DNA from: Camelus dromedarius
Lineage: Eukaryota
Assembly: GCF_036321535.1 (NCBI RefSeq)
Contig: NC_087437.1
Location: 85,128,001-85,192,000, forward strand
Length of the DNA: 64,000 nucleotides
Reading direction: 5' to 3'
The position numbers and the translations under genes were made by a program. The notes beneath the pieces are model-generated. The model ran no database searches. It saw only the letters and a list, made by a program, of their open reading frames with translations, and had not been told where the DNA came from. Positions within the stretch are counted from its first letter, which is position 1. Each line of letters starts with the position of its first letter. Positions 1-13,960 of the stretch are shown one piece after another.

Positions 1-1114
1 TCTGCTTTTCTAATTCCAGTTTGATAACTTAATTCCAACTGTTCATCTTGATTACTTTGCTTGATAATTTATCTTAGAATTTCAACCCCTAATGCATAAC
101 CTGCCTTCAATTAATCCTGACTCCCTAGGCAAGACACTATCATCTTTACCTTAAACTGTTATTTTTGTTTTAAAACTGTGATTCTTTTAGTGCATAGGTT
201 TTTAATGTTAATTCCACAATAGTATCGATTACATACTATCATGCAAGAATAAAGAAATAAATGTGGGTGTAAATAAATGTACCACTTATTCAATCTTTTA
301 GGAAATTAATGAGCAAAAGTGTTATTCAGCTTTATAGCATCAATGTTTATATTACACTTAGCTGTTTTCAAATTACCGGGTCCTGTTCAGTTTTACTATG
401 ATTCACGATCACTTCCCTTAAAAAAAAATTGACGCAGGACTAGTCAGTGAATGTGAAAATAACTAGTTTTTTGCTCTTTAAGTGTTTTTCTAAAATTTTT
501 TTTCAGAAAAGAGTTAACACTACTCATTATATGTTGCTAGCCTCCTCAGAGAATGGCACCTTGATCAGCAACTCTCAGTCACCACTTGTAGTTTATAATT
601 TGACAAGAGTCAGTGAAGATTAAAAATGTTAACAATAGATCCCTTTTATGAAAGAAGAAGCAATAGTTTCTGCAGAAAGGCTGATAACCTAAGACACTAA
701 GTAGTTTTTAGCAACAGGTAACTATGAAACTCTTCTTTAAACCAAAAGAAATTCCTGACCAGATAGCTAGTAATGAACTTCAGATAGAAGGCTCAAGAGA
801 GTCTAAAATTAACTTCATATAATTCTCAAATCTGAACGCAATCTCAGCCATTAATTAACAGAAGCAAAAGACCTTTAGCAAAGGATATTAGAAACAGGAG
901 TCTAAAGGAGAACTAAAGAACATGTATTTGTAATATTTCCTATGTATTCTTTATATTCTAGAATTCCACTCATAAAGTGACTTCATATTTAAAGTGTTTA
1001 ATATTTCACTTTATAGTATCACAAAATAAAGTCCAATGCATGTTATGTACCTAGTTTCCGTCCAAGGTAACATATTCATAAAACAAATGAGAAGCATTCT
1101 AAAGTATGTATGTT

Positions 1115-1215
1115 AATAATAATAATTACAAATAGCTAGCAATTATCGATTGCTTGCTTCAGGCCCAGCACTGTTATATTCTAAATGTTTCATGTGTGTT
1201 CATATTCACTTCTCA
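1115..1215 (-). mobile_element. MIR-like SINE fragment
   Basis: aataataataat...agctagcaattat...cccagcactgtt...ctaaatgtttcatgtg resembles the reverse-complemented MIR 3' end; heavily decayed. Confidence 0.5.
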
Positions 1216-1274
1216 CCTAGTGATAGAAATGATTACTTCATATTCACTTTTCACCTAGTGATAGAAATGATTAC
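1199..1274. repeat. 38-bp tandem duplication (2 copies)
   Basis: ttcatattcactt(c/t)tcacctagtgatagaaatgattac at 1199-1236 and 1237-1274, one mismatch. Confidence 0.95.
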
Positions 1275-2584
1275 TACATATACTTGACACATTAGAACAG
1301 TGGGAATTAGAGAGGTATAAGGTGAAATTCTGAGAAATTCTGATGTTGGGCTGTATTGTTTACACAATGAAAGAGTTTGATATGGAAAGCCTGTATATTC
1401 TGAATGTAAGAAGTCATCACTTTGGTTATGTTGCTTTCTGGTTATTTGTTTCTGCAAGTGATTATTTGTTAATTGTTATTTTAAATTACTATTAATTGAA
1501 TTTACATATCAATAATTGTTCTAATATGAATTTGAAGGAGTCGATTCTGAAAATAATATTCCCTGTGAATTAGGGTAATATAATACTGTAATTAATAAAA
1601 ATATTTTATTTTAAGAGAGTGAATCTGACCCTTTACAGATTCAAATTTTAAGAACTGGCAATTAAGATAAACTACCACTAGTTGACAGCAGTATCTTAGC
1701 TTTGGCTCTATTATTACCTCGTTCATTTTAAGCATTAGGCATAATTTATTTATAGTTGAGATATTTTCATATAATTAAAAATTAAAGTGATATATAGAGC
1801 AATTATAGATAAAAAGTGTCAAAGTACATTTTATTAATTTTTTCTACTACCTTAAATGATTCCTTGTTTTAATCAAGTTTTACTTGTTTACTAAACAAAT
1901 CCTCAGTTGATCTTGGCGTAATTAGATTAAGGACCAAGGACACCCCACCTCTCCTGACTTGGAGACCTGAGCTCTAGTGAAGCACTGCTGCGACTTCACA
2001 TAGTCCGCATCTAGGCTCCCTGCCCAGCATCAGCCAGTTGCCTTCCTGTTTGGGTACCAGAGTGTAGAGGCAGAGAGGAAACTGGACTGAGAGGGAGACA
2101 AAGGGCAGGAGGGACAGGCTGAGGGAAGATGAAGAGAATTACTCCTCTAGTGCACTGTTCTTGCTTTAAGGAATATCTACCTACTCAGTAGAAATAAACC
2201 TTTACATTTCTGGCATTATATCAATCTATGTGGATTTTCTTTTATTCACCTCTAACTCTTCCTACATTTCCCTAAAGCAGCTTTTTTTCAGGGCTTTTAC
2301 TGTCTTCTCAGATCCCCTAGCTCAGCTCACTTTGCACCTAGGAGATACTGCCTTAGTATTCTACTATTACTTTTTAAATTAAACATTTAATGCAAACAAA
2401 CAAACAAAAAAAGTACCTGTGTAGCAAACACTTGTATCTAAACTTGTAGAGTTTAATAACTAAAACATTATTGATATATTTGAAATTCCTTTTGTTTATA
2501 CCTAGTAGATCCCTTTCCCTCCTGTTATTCCAGAGATTCTAAACTTGATGTCTATCATTACTACTATGTTTTTATAGTTTTATT

Positions 2585-2585
<1 letters not shown>

Positions 2586-2620
<35 letters not shown>

Positions 2621-2624
2621 TATA
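2586..2624. repeat. (TA)n(CA)n microsatellite
   Basis: Directly visible. Confidence 0.95.
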
Positions 2625-2818
2625 TGTAAATACCTTCATAAAAATATTTAGTGTTGTTTTGCTTGTTTATAAACTTTATGTAACTGGAAATATGGTATGT
2701 TTGCATTTTTGCCCCCTTAATAGTATCTAACAACACCATCATATTTTAAGATCTTCTTCTTGTTGTTACATATAATTCTAGTTTATTATTTTCTGTATTG
2801 CTTTTAAGAATATACACT

Positions 2819-3345
2819 TGTCAATGAAAATTCAGTTAACACTCAAGTTAAGAAGGAAAAAAGGGAGATTTATTTGAGCCAAACTGAGGATTATAACACA
2901 GGAAACAAACTCTCAGAAATCTCTTGAGAACTATCCTGTTAGAAGTGGAAAGCACAGTCATACAGATTTTCAAGACAAAGGATCATATATTAAAATGACA
3001 TATCTGTTTGGGTCTCCTCCCACCTTCCCTCCCTAATGTACAAGGTACATCTGCATTATACATTAACTAGACCTCCTCAAAGGTGGGAGTGCATGCTGGA
3101 CCATAAACACCAAGTTTTTTTTTTTCCTTTTTTCTACACTAGCAATGTAACTTAAAAAATAGCATTCTCTCCCAACACTGTAAGGGGTCTAGTGACTTAC
3201 TGCTTGTTTTATATGTGCTTACCTGGAGTATGTACCTTTGATGAACTTTGTATAAACCTCAGGAGGAGACCCAAACAGATACAGAGAGAGAATTTTATTT
3301 TTAAATTTTATTTCCCTGCCTGAAAGTGTAAATTTTATTTCATCA
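2819..3345 (-). mobile_element. Solo ERV1-like LTR
   Basis: TG...CA ends (tgtcaatgaaaa ... ttttatttcatca); gatttatttgagccaaactgagg puts a polyA-like signal on the minus strand; interrupts the old L1; TSD not clear. Confidence 0.65.
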
Positions 3346-4611
3346 CATCATTACATATAGTCATATGGTAGTTTCTCTGGGGTACATATCTAACAGGTGT
3401 ATTTTCTAAGTTATAAAATAGATTCAAGTTTCAAATGAACTATTACTGAATTGGTCCCGAAAGTGCAGTACTTTTACTTCTATCAACAATGTTGTTCCAC
3501 ATCCAGTATGAAATTTCATATTGGTGAACTTTTCTATTTTTGTTTAGAGTGATGAATATGAAGTGATATCTCTGTATTACTTTAATGCATTTCTCCAATT
3601 ATTAGGTTTTATATTTTTCAAAATGTATTGGCTACTGGAATTCTTTCTATAACTTTATTTTTATCCTTTGTTCTTTTTTGGATTTCAATTATTTGTAGAA
3701 ATTAATGGTTTATTTTGGAAACTCACTCCTTTTCATTTCAGAGAGGTTTCTGTCTATATGTATGTATGTAGCTATCAGTGTATATTATCCTGTATCTGTC
3801 AAAAATATTCTCTCACAAATCTGTTATTTTTCACTTTGTGTTTGGTATTTTGGCAAAGATTTTAATTTACTCTTCTCATGAGAGCTTCTTCCATTTAGTT
3901 GTCATTTAGGTATTTGATTGCAGTTGTAAGTACTTTATACCCTAAGGATTACCTGTATTTTTACATTAATGAAAGCATTAGAGTAAATCAAATAAAATTC
4001 TTACCATTTCGGGACTTGACTGTCAGTCATTCTCCTCCACCCCCCCTTGCACAATAAACTTAGTGAGAACTCCCAGAGTGCTTTGTCTGTCATTCAATCC
4101 TTTATTCATTCATTCACTAAATATATGGGAAGTGACCTGGCTTGGAGGAAGGAGCAGAAAGAAACACTGGCAGATAAATACAGTGACTTTGAAATTTATT
4201 TTCTGTTTCCATATTTTACATTTTAGAAACATCGTTATTACTGTAGTAGAGATGGATATTGTTTGGAGCTATAAATGATATCTCTCCTAATAAGCCTTCT
4301 ATTTACTGCTTCCTTCAGATTCTACTTAGCCTAATGCAAGCTCAGTGGAACTCTGGATACTAAGTGGGATGATAGTAAAAAAGCAATTGCACTGGGTGAA
4401 GAGTTGAAGAGGAAACAATTCAATACCACCTCTGTGCTTAGACACCATTGCAAGTTTTTGAGGGTTTACTACTTTTCAGATACCATTCTTGTGGCTGAAA
4501 ATGTCTGGGTATAATTGCTTTTTCACTTAAAGAATTTAAGTCTACTTGCAAAAATAGACTGAAATATCCCATTACAATTTTGTGGTTAAGTTCTATTGTA
4601 GAGGGTTCTAT

Positions 4612-6300
4612 TTAATTTAATTTCAATTTTTTATGGAAATATAGTTGCTGTATAATATTATGTAAGTTATAGATGTACAATAGAGTGATTCACAAACTTT
4701 AAAAGTTACACTCTATTTATAATTATTATAAAATATTTGGTATATTCCCTGTGTTACACAATATACACTTGTAGCTTATTTTGTACACAGTAATTTGTAC
4801 TTCTTCCCTACCCCTAGATTGCTCCTCCCCTCTTCCCTCTTCCCACTGGTAACCACTAGTTTGTTCTCTGTGTCTATGTTTGTTTCTTTTTTGTTGTATT
4901 CACTAGTTTGTTTCATTTTTAAAATTCCATATTTAAGTGATAGCATATAGTATTTGTCTTTCTCTGTCTGACTTATTTCACTTAGGACAATGCCCTCGAA
5001 GTCCATCCACGTTGCTGCAATTGGCAAAATTTCATCTTTTTATGACTAAGTAGTATTCCATTGTGTGTGAGTATTGTATATACACACACATACATATACA
5101 CATACATCTTCTTTATCTATCCCTCTGTTGATTGACACTTAGGAGGCTTCTATGTCTTAGCAATTGTAATGAGTGCTTTATGAACATGGGGTGCACATAT
5201 CTTTTTGAACTAGTGTCTTTAGTTTTTTAGATATATACACAGGAGTGGAATTTCTGGGTCATATGGTAGTTCTATTTTTAGCCTTTTGAGAACCTCCATG
5301 CTGATTTCCACTGTGACTGTACCAAATTACAATCCCCGCAACAGTTACAAGGGTTCTTTTTTCTCCACATTCTTGCCAACATTTTTTGTTTATATTCTTT
5401 TTGATTATAGCCATTCTGACAGATGTGAGGTCATATCTTACTGAGGTTTTGATTTGCATTTCCCTGATGATTAGAGATGCTGAGCATCTTTTTATGTGTC
5501 TGTACACCACCTGCATTTTTCCTCTTTGCAAAAATATCTTTATCAGTTCTTCTGACCATTTTTAATTGGGTTGCTTGTTTTTCTGATGAGTTGTATGAGC
5601 TGTTTATAGATGTTGGATATTAACACCATATCAGTCATATTATTTGCAAATATTTTGCCCCATTTAGTTGGTTATCTTTTCATTTTGTAGATGGTTTCCT
5701 TTGTTGTGCAAATGCTTTTAAGTTTAATTAGGTCTCATTGTTTAGTTTTATTTTATTTCCTTTGCTTTGGAAACAGATTTAAAAAATATTGCAGTAATTT
5801 ATGTCAAGAATTGTTCTGTTTTCTTCTAGGTATTTTATAGTATTTGGTTTCACATTTAGGTTTTTAACCCATTTTAAACATTTTTGTATATGGTGTTAGA
5901 GAATGTTCTAATTTCATTCTTTTACATGTAGCTGTCCGGTTTTCCCAGCACCACTTATTGAAGAGACTATGTTTTCTCTATTGTAAATTCTTACCTTCTT
6001 TGTCATAGGTTAATTGACCATAAGTGCATGGGTTTATTTTTTGGGCTTTTTATTCTAATGCATTGATCTATATATCTGTTTTTGTGTCAGTAACAAACTG
6101 TTTTGATTACTGTAGCTTTGTAGTATAGTCTGAAGTCCAGGAGCAATGATACCTCCAGTTCTGTTCTTTTTTTTTTAAGATTGTTTTAGCTATTTGGGGT
6201 CTTGTGTTTCTATACAAAATTTAAAATTATTTGTTCTAGTTCTCTGAAAAATTTCATTGGTATTTTGTAGGGATTGCATTGAATCTATAGATTGCCTTAG
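4612..6300 (-). mobile_element. 5'-truncated L1 (ORF2 C-terminus and 3'UTR), degenerate
   Basis: Minus-strand ORF fragments HIKRCSASLIIREMQIKT...KCWQECGEK and AATWMDFEGIVLSEISQTEKDKY are canonical L1 ORF2 C-terminal motifs; T-rich tail at the left end. Confidence 0.95.
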
Positions 6301-6789
6301 TGGAGTTTTATATGAGAAGCAAATGACGTTTCTAAGCTAGAATTTTTTTTTTTTAATTGTGCCCCGAAGGTTCTCAGAAGAAGCCATGATTAAGCTGAAT
6401 CTTAAATGATCAGTGGAGAGTTTTTTTTAGAAGAACAAAGACAAGAGTAAAAGGAAGGAAGGGCATCTCTAACCAAAGTAAAACATACAAAGACAGAGAA
6501 GCACTGAATTGGAACACTTTCAACCAGGGAGTAAGAGATAGCCTTTTCTAGAACAGAAAAACAAAGCACAGCAATTATTTTTTGAAGTTGGATGTTAAAT
6601 TGATACTAGAAAATAACTCTATATTCAGAGTCTGATAAGACTAAAATAAACAAGCCAAAGTAGGATTACAAAATGAATCTAACAAATAGTAATAAATCAA
6701 AACAAATTTCATCCAGCAGTTACCAAAATTAGTGTTAAGCAGAGTAAAGAATCTAATACCAGAAAGACAAAAACTTAGGAAGAGGGACT

Positions 6790-6975
6790 TTGCCTCTTTA
6801 AAATACTGGTCGAGAAGTGACACACATGTTTCCTGCTCAATTTCAATGGGGAGAACAAGTCTCAATGTCGTGTGTGTGTGCAGAGTCGGCGAGAAAAGAG
6901 AGTATTTGGCTGTGGGGGTACTGCCTCCCACCAGCCACTCCTTACTTGGGGAGCTAGAATACAAATTGTTGGTGG
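6790..6975. mobile_element. MLT1-like (MaLR) LTR fragment
   Basis: gagaagtgacacacatgtttcctgctcaatttcaatggggagaacaagtc resembles the MLT1 motif gaagtgacacacatcacttccactcacattccattgg. Confidence 0.45.
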
Positions 6976-8673
6976 ATGGTTAATCATCTCTCCCAAACTA
7001 CCTGACCTCGTATTTCTTCTTTATTTGCTTGGAATCTCTCTTCCTTGTTTGAACATAAACTTCCAAAAATCAAGAACCCTGTCAATAAATATTTTATTTT
7101 CATTTGGCTTGTCAGGCTGATTAAATTATAATATTTTATTTGGTATTTAGCTAGGTCAGACCTATTTTGTAATTTCAAGAATTACTATTGATACCTATAA
7201 AAAAATTCTGTTCAAAGTAGCTATTTGTTATTTAGAATGGTATTACAGTGAAAAGCACAAAGGTTCTAAGCCTTTGTTACTTTAAGTGATATTTTGCTTA
7301 TGTGCAAAGGCATTTTGTATTAAGTGCTTTGCAACAAACACAGATGATCCTAAATAATTCTTATAAGATGGGCCTTTAAACTCTTTGATTCTCACTTTTC
7401 TAACTCTAGGGCTCCCTCTATGGTCTTTTAAAAAAATATATTTGTTAATTCAGGAAAAAATTTAGTGAAACTTAAAAAAAATTCTTTATTACACGCATTT
7501 CCTCCCATCTAACAATTTTAACTTGTAATTTTGAAACCTCTAAGAAGGAATTATGAAAGCATTAGAAGAAAATTACATCATCTGTCAAATTATTTTCAGG
7601 TTATTTTAATCTAGGAATATTATGTAGCCTAAGGAAAAATATATTTATAATTAAAGGCAATGTAAAGATTTTCCAAACGAGTGAATTTTAGTTACTCATA
7701 AGAATGTAATGTAATTGAATTTGTGTACATTTGATTTATTTAAGTTCTATTGTTCATATAATTAAAACAAAATAAAATTATTATTTTCGTGGAAATAACC
7801 AATTATTTCTACTCATAAAATTTTCATCAAGGTTTCTATATAAAACCATATTTGGGGTGAATTGTGCATTCAAATTTTTCAGTAATGCTTATTCACTAAA
7901 ATACAGCATACTTAATTATGAGTTCAGAACCTAAGGGTCTCCTATGGCTGTTTCTGATTCAAAACCTGACTATTTGAATTAGTAGCTACAACAGCATCAA
8001 TCTACATAGAGAACCATTTTAAATTCAGTATTTAAACCATCTACGTAGGGCACAAAGTAGAACGTCCTAAAAAGGCTCTGATCAGAAAGCCTCAGTTATA
8101 CAAATGGCTCACTTTAAAACATGCTTCTCTCCCTTTCCGTGCCTTTTTCATGTGTGCACACACCTTTTTACTACTTACCAAACTGTTTTAATATTTTCCT
8201 TTTATATATCTGCTTCTCCACCCTTGACTCTAGCCTCCTTGAGGACTGTCAGAGTCAATGGATGAATAATCTTTGTTCCTTAAGGAACCAGCTGTGTTTG
8301 GCATGAAAAATATCTGTAGAACTAAACTAAACTACATCATAGAAAGAGAGCTTACTCTGGTGGTAGGTGTCTTTGTACTTTCAAGAAAAGATGAATCAGA
8401 GGAAAGAGGGTGGTTTATTGAGTTACACCTCAGGAAAAAAATCACAGAGGAAGTCCAAGGAGACTTTGTAAAATCTTGTAACAGTCAGGCATTTGAGAAA
8501 ATGGAGCAATATTGAGACTTGGGGGAAGATTCCTCAGGTTTATAACCTGCTCATATTTGTTATTTTTATCACCTATATGTTTCCCTGGAGTGAGTAGGAA
8601 AAAAAGAGAAAAAAACCATTAAAACCATACAGGATTTATGACCATTTATAAAGCAAGCAAATAAGTATGGAAT

Positions 8674-9230
8674 TGAAGGGGTTCAGAACAAGCCTCCCCA
8701 AAATGTGCCACTTTTGCATGAAGGTTATTTTGAGCTGAAGGCAATCAAGATCTTGAGGGTTCAAAGAGAAACCTCTGCCCCTCCCTTAAGCACCTAGAAG
8801 AATTTAAATCGGGGTTCTTTCCTACAACAGGCGTTATTATCAGAGATAAGTTTTATCTGAGTGACCCACACGTATACCAGGGCAAACATCTGTTTGCCTA
8901 ACGTCTGCTCTTCTTACGTATTGATGAATTAGCCTCCTGTCCTTGGAAGTGCCAGGCCCCCATTTTATTACTTAGTTCAGGATGATTTATTTAGTTCTAT
9001 TGTTCATATAATTAAAACAAAATAAAATTATTATTTTCGTGGAAATAACCTCATTTTAACTTTCTGTCTTTGAACCTCATGTATGGGGTGTTCCCATTCT
9101 TATGAAATCGTTTCATTTTTCTCTGGTTAATCTGTCTCATGTCAATTTAATTCTTAGACCAGCCAGAAGAACTTCCAGGGGTAGAGGAATGTTTTTTGGG
9201 TTTTTTGTTTTGTTTTGTTTTCCCCTCACA
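8674..9230 (+). mobile_element. Solo ERV1-like LTR carrying a templated insertion
   Basis: Starts tgaaggggttcagaac...ccccaaaatgtgccac, ends near ttcccctcaca; its 3' part (gttaatctgtctcatgtcaatttaattcttagaccagccagaag) aligns with the LTR end at 31270-31315. Confidence 0.8.
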
Positions 9231-11457
9231 TCCCACACAGGACAAGGTTAGAATGTTTACATCACAGATTTTCAAATTGTGTACCAAAGATTGCCCTCCA
9301 GGGCCCATTTAGGAAACCACTGGGGCCAAGGATGTTCAGCCCTAACCTTCTTACCCCAACCTGCTTGATATATTTTTACCAACTGAAGTTGATGTTCAGA
9401 TATCACTTGACGAAGGCATTTCCTGGCTTTAACTTTTGAAATTCACAATTCTTAATAAAGGCAAGTAATTTTGTTTTCTGTGAGAAAAAAAAAAAAAAAA
9501 AGAAGAATAAAACTTGCTTAGTATATTTTTTTCTTTCCCTTAAGCAGTTTCTTCTCCTCCAGAATGCAACTTATATTATTTATAAAGAAAGTAAACAAAT
9601 ATGAAGTAGTCATCTTCAATATGAGTTTTCAATGAAACTTTAAATCTTCATAACCTAGTGGATATTTTCACACAAAAACAGTCTTTTCTGTTGCAGGCAG
9701 TGTCTACTAATGTTAAAAGGTCATTTGATACCCTCTTTGTGGAGTTTATGAAAAGAATTGCAAATATATGTAATTGTTATTATTGTTATACTAAAACCCA
9801 ACTTTCTTACAGCAAATTGCATGTTCAGTCCCAAAAGTATTGTTTAATTATATTTTATAGGACTATTTTCTTCAGAATTTTCTTACATTGAAATAATAGC
9901 TCCTTCTAATAGTACCAAATCACCTAGCAATTGTCAAATGCAACTGTCTCTGTAAACTGCTGTGGGGGATTTAATCAAGGAAAATATACAATTAGATTAT
10001 ATAGATCTCTGTAGACTTTTCTTACAAAATGGTTTTATTCTTGTGGTAAATTTCTATATTTAATTCAAGGGAACAATAAGAATAAAATTGTGCATCATTA
10101 TCAGTACTCTCAGAAGAAGCTAGTATCAGTTTTTGAAAAACTTCTGCACATTCCTCAAAGTCTGCTAAAGTGATGAACGAATGTTCTCATTCTCCACAAA
10201 ATTCAATGTACTTGTGTTAAGAATTTAGTGATTAATGTAATTAACTGAAAATCCAAATAGAAAATAACGCCACTCTAGCTAACATACTACACATATTAAA
10301 GCAAATTGTGTCTTTGCCTCTTTTTCTGTCTTTTTTTGTCTTTCTTTTTTCTGTTTTTCTGTGTTTTGCTAGTTTCCTGTTGTATTGAAACTGAAATAGA
10401 AAAGTACATTAGAAATCATTGATTGTGTTAAGAAAGAGATTCTCAGTATATGCAGTTTCCAAATTGGTTGTAAACGTTAGATGACTATACTAAAATTTAA
10501 TAATATTTCATCCATTCACATAAATAATGGCATTTTTATTAAGATTATGAGTCTGTCATACAGCATCACAGCAATGTCAGATTTTACGCAAATAAATTCT
10601 ATCCTTCAAAACACATGAAACAGTTTTCAAGCCGTCGTTTAAAGGGTTTTGAAAATATGCCCTAAATAAAATTGATAGCTATCAGTCAATTTTCTATCAC
10701 TCAACACATAAATGTCATCTCATTTTAAGATTTCTTTAAAAGGAAAACTCCATATTTTTAAAGTAATATAAGAAAAGTACATTTTAAGATCTTAGTGTAA
10801 CTAATCTTGTGTAGTAGCCTCAGGGTGTGTGAGATGTGTAGAGTGCAAATAAGATAAACTCATGAGTAATGAGTTAATTTATGAGATAAATAAGAAAATA
10901 TGCTCTACCCACAAGATTAGATACCTATGAGAATGCAGTAAATGGATGATCCATGACAAAAGAAATACAATAGATGGTAATGTAGACACTCCTGTAAGTT
11001 GTTTATTAGGGGTTCTCCCCAAAAGGTCTCTAATTTGTCAAGACTGTCTCCTGCTCCATACACCTTGTCAATATCTTCAAATGGATAGATGGCATTTACA
11101 AGAGCTGATGGCATATTAACAGATGAGAACAGATGAGAAAATTAGAATCTTACAAAGTGTTTTCATTGTTCCTTCCTTTAAACTAAACCTCAAAGATTTT
11201 TCAGATTTTATGACCAGTCTTTTATCTCAGTTTGTTACTTAAAGGTCAGAATAACAAGGAGAATTAGTGACAGTGTAAACATCATGTAAGAAACAATTGT
11301 TGATCTATTTCTTAATTTCCTATCTTCCTTAATATTTCTCCCCTAAAAGCAAACATACAAAAATCTAAAAGGGAGTAAATAAAACAAAACAAAACATGAA
11401 AAAAAAGTTCCTAGACACACGTATTAAATGGGAGCCAACCTTTCTCACATAATGAGC

Positions 11458-11639
11458 ACTATGTAATAGACATTTCTGTGATGATAGAAAATCTCTACCT
11501 CTGCATGTTGACTATAAACACTGAAGCATGTCTAGTACAACTGAAAAACTGAGTTTTCAACTGATTTAATTTTAATTAATTTTAATTTAGATTTAAATAG
11601 CCACATATGGCTAATGGCTATCATATCTGACAGTTCAGC
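11458..11639. mobile_element. MER3-like hAT-Charlie MITE
   Basis: ttctgtgatgatagaaaatctcta...tttaaatagccacatatggctaatggctatcatatctgacag matches MER3 hallmark motifs. Confidence 0.75.
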
Positions 11640-12180
11640 TGTACTCCTGTGAAAGCTAGTATCTATCACCCACTTTTTTTGGAGTGCAATAAAATTTTAA
11701 GGGCAAAAAACTCAAAATAGCTGCATTTTGAGTAATCATACAAGAATTCCTTGCTACTGTCCATGATTCATTCCCTTTCCTCTTCTGCCTGGTTCATGGC
11801 CCTTGCCTTTGTTTTCACATCATCCATTGCATGAGTCACATTTCTTAAGCACATTTTCGTGCTTCCTATGGCTCAGGCTTGAGATTGGCCCTCTGGTTCT
11901 CTTTAATTCCATCTACCTTGGACAGTTCATGGCACATGCTAGAAACACAGCAAATACGTGTTGGATATATGAAAGAATATGAAAGACTGGATATACTGTT
12001 TAACTTTTAATTTTATTTTTCCCAGAAACTTAAAAGTTTTCTCTAAAATTGATTTACTTTCTATATATATATATGTATATAGTATACTATATACATATTT
12101 GTATATACATTATATATTAAGTATATTACATATAAAGATATTCAGTGTCCTTACTTCATGGGAAATTGAGCAATAATCGC

Positions 12181-12223
12181 TTTCTCTCTCTCTCTCCACA
12201 GACAGACACACACATACAAACAG

Positions 12224-12257
<34 letters not shown>

Positions 12258-12258
12258 G
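12181..12258. repeat. Compound (TC)n/(CA)n/(TA)n microsatellite
   Basis: Directly visible. Confidence 0.9.
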
Positions 12259-13814
12259 CATATTTGTCTATGTTAAAATGAGAATAGAACTGTTACAATT
12301 TAGGAGATTTTACAAGATATGTTTTAATACTTTCCAGAACTGGAAACATGACACATTCAATGAAAAGTAAAGATGCTTCTGATTTCCTGACACATAGACA
12401 TATAAGCACACAGAGGATTTATAGCTTCAATTGTGCAACTTAAACCATGTGTCAGTGGTATAAACAGAAGCCTAAAAAAAGAAAAGAATCACATATTTAG
12501 TTACCAGATAGCTGTTTTACTCCTGGTAGAAATGAAATCCTGAAGTGATTTGAGCTCAAAACAAAAAAGTATGCAAGCAAACAAGTAAGACTTAACACAC
12601 TAGACTCTCTGTGGTCTCTCACCCAACAGAAAATAGATATCTAAAACAAACAGAGTTCACCATATGATCAAACCATAAAACTAAATCTTTAGTCATTGCT
12701 GCAATGCAAAATAACATGTCAGTTGTAAGTGAACCAAAACCAAAACAACATAAATATAATAGAGAGACACTTAAAATAGGAAAATAGAGTCTTCAAAATT
12801 TTCTCACATTGGAAGGGAAGGTTGGAAAAGTTGTTGCTTGGCTCAAGCAGCCCATGAGATGAACCACCATGAAGATGAAGTTTATATAGTTTTGCCAGGT
12901 TAATATACTAGTCACCTTAATGAGACTTCCATTATTAAAAGTTAATTTCCCCAAAATATGAAAAAAAGAAAGGTCTCACAGATAAAAAACTCAGAGTGAG
13001 TAACAAATGCAGAGCTTCTGTAGAATTAGATGACTCTAAAGGTTGCAGTAAACAGTTAAGTTTTTCATTGAAGGGCAATTTTTCTGGTACTGGCACCTTT
13101 CCTTTGGATAAATCTTGGCTGTGCTCTGGAAGGCAACTAGCTCTGGCAAAGCCATCTCATTCTCTGGAGGAGAAAATATGCAAGGTGGACACTGTCCTAG
13201 TGCCCAGGTTACAAAGGTATCCTTGATGATCAAATCCCTTCCTGTGTGCTTCTAGCCACTGACTGGGATCCATCTCTAACTCAAACTGACTACTGGACAA
13301 ATGTCGTTACTTCTTGGCTCAGAATGCATATTGCCATTGCTTGTTTGAGTCCTTTGCCACCATGCAAGTGTTCATAAAATTGGATTTTTTACAAATCAGT
13401 AACAGACAAATTGAGAGGAAGTTTATTATGCTAATTACTTTGACATTCTAATTCAGTCTTCTGGTCATCCCTTCCATCATTTCACATACCTGGTCTTCTC
13501 TTCTTGCTGGCCCAACACCCACGTGTAGATGTATGGACCAGGGTGGCATACTTGAAGGCTGTGACTGAGTCAGAATGCTAGTCTATTAATGTCCTTACCT
13601 TACAAATGAAGACATTAACTAAATATTAAAGAAAAAATACATTTTTTATAGGATAAGAGCTACAACTGAAACATATTTTGCTTTATGATAATCCATGAAC
13701 TACGACAAGCACTAGATTTGAAATTTAGAAGTTGTTCTCTCATCCACTGAAATCAACACAATAATTATGTGAGAAAGGCAAAACCATAAACAGTAAGTGA
13801 AGTAAAAGGTAAAT

Positions 13815-13960
13815 TCAATATACCATAGATGTCACATGGTAATTACATCCCATGTTTCTCAAATTGTTACAGATGAGAATATTTGTCTCAGAGAAACTGA
13901 GCAAAATATTCTGAACCATTGCTACTAAGTGACAGAGCTGAAGCCTGTAACAATTGTTAT
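13815..13960 (-). mobile_element. MIR fragment
   Basis: ttacagatgagaatatttgtctcagagaaactgagc...ctaagtgacagagctg matches the reversed MIR core. Confidence 0.6.

Larger units (their letters stand above)
2370..3870 (-). mobile_element. Old L1 (L1ME-like) 3' region, interrupted by an LTR and a (TA)n(CA)n microsatellite
   Basis: T-rich decayed L1 3' motifs such as gtttctctggggtacatatctaac and gtgatatctctgtattactttaatgcatttctc. Confidence 0.55.

Noticed and set aside
4776..5531. ORFs with recognisable protein motifs (also 26736-26975, 35543-36042)
   Set aside because: Frameshifted L1 ORF2 fragments, not host genes.
7732..9050. Direct repeats as a CRISPR-like array or an LTR pair
   Set aside because: Only two copies, no spacer periodicity, no TG...CA ends, eukaryotic context; better explained as a templated insertion.
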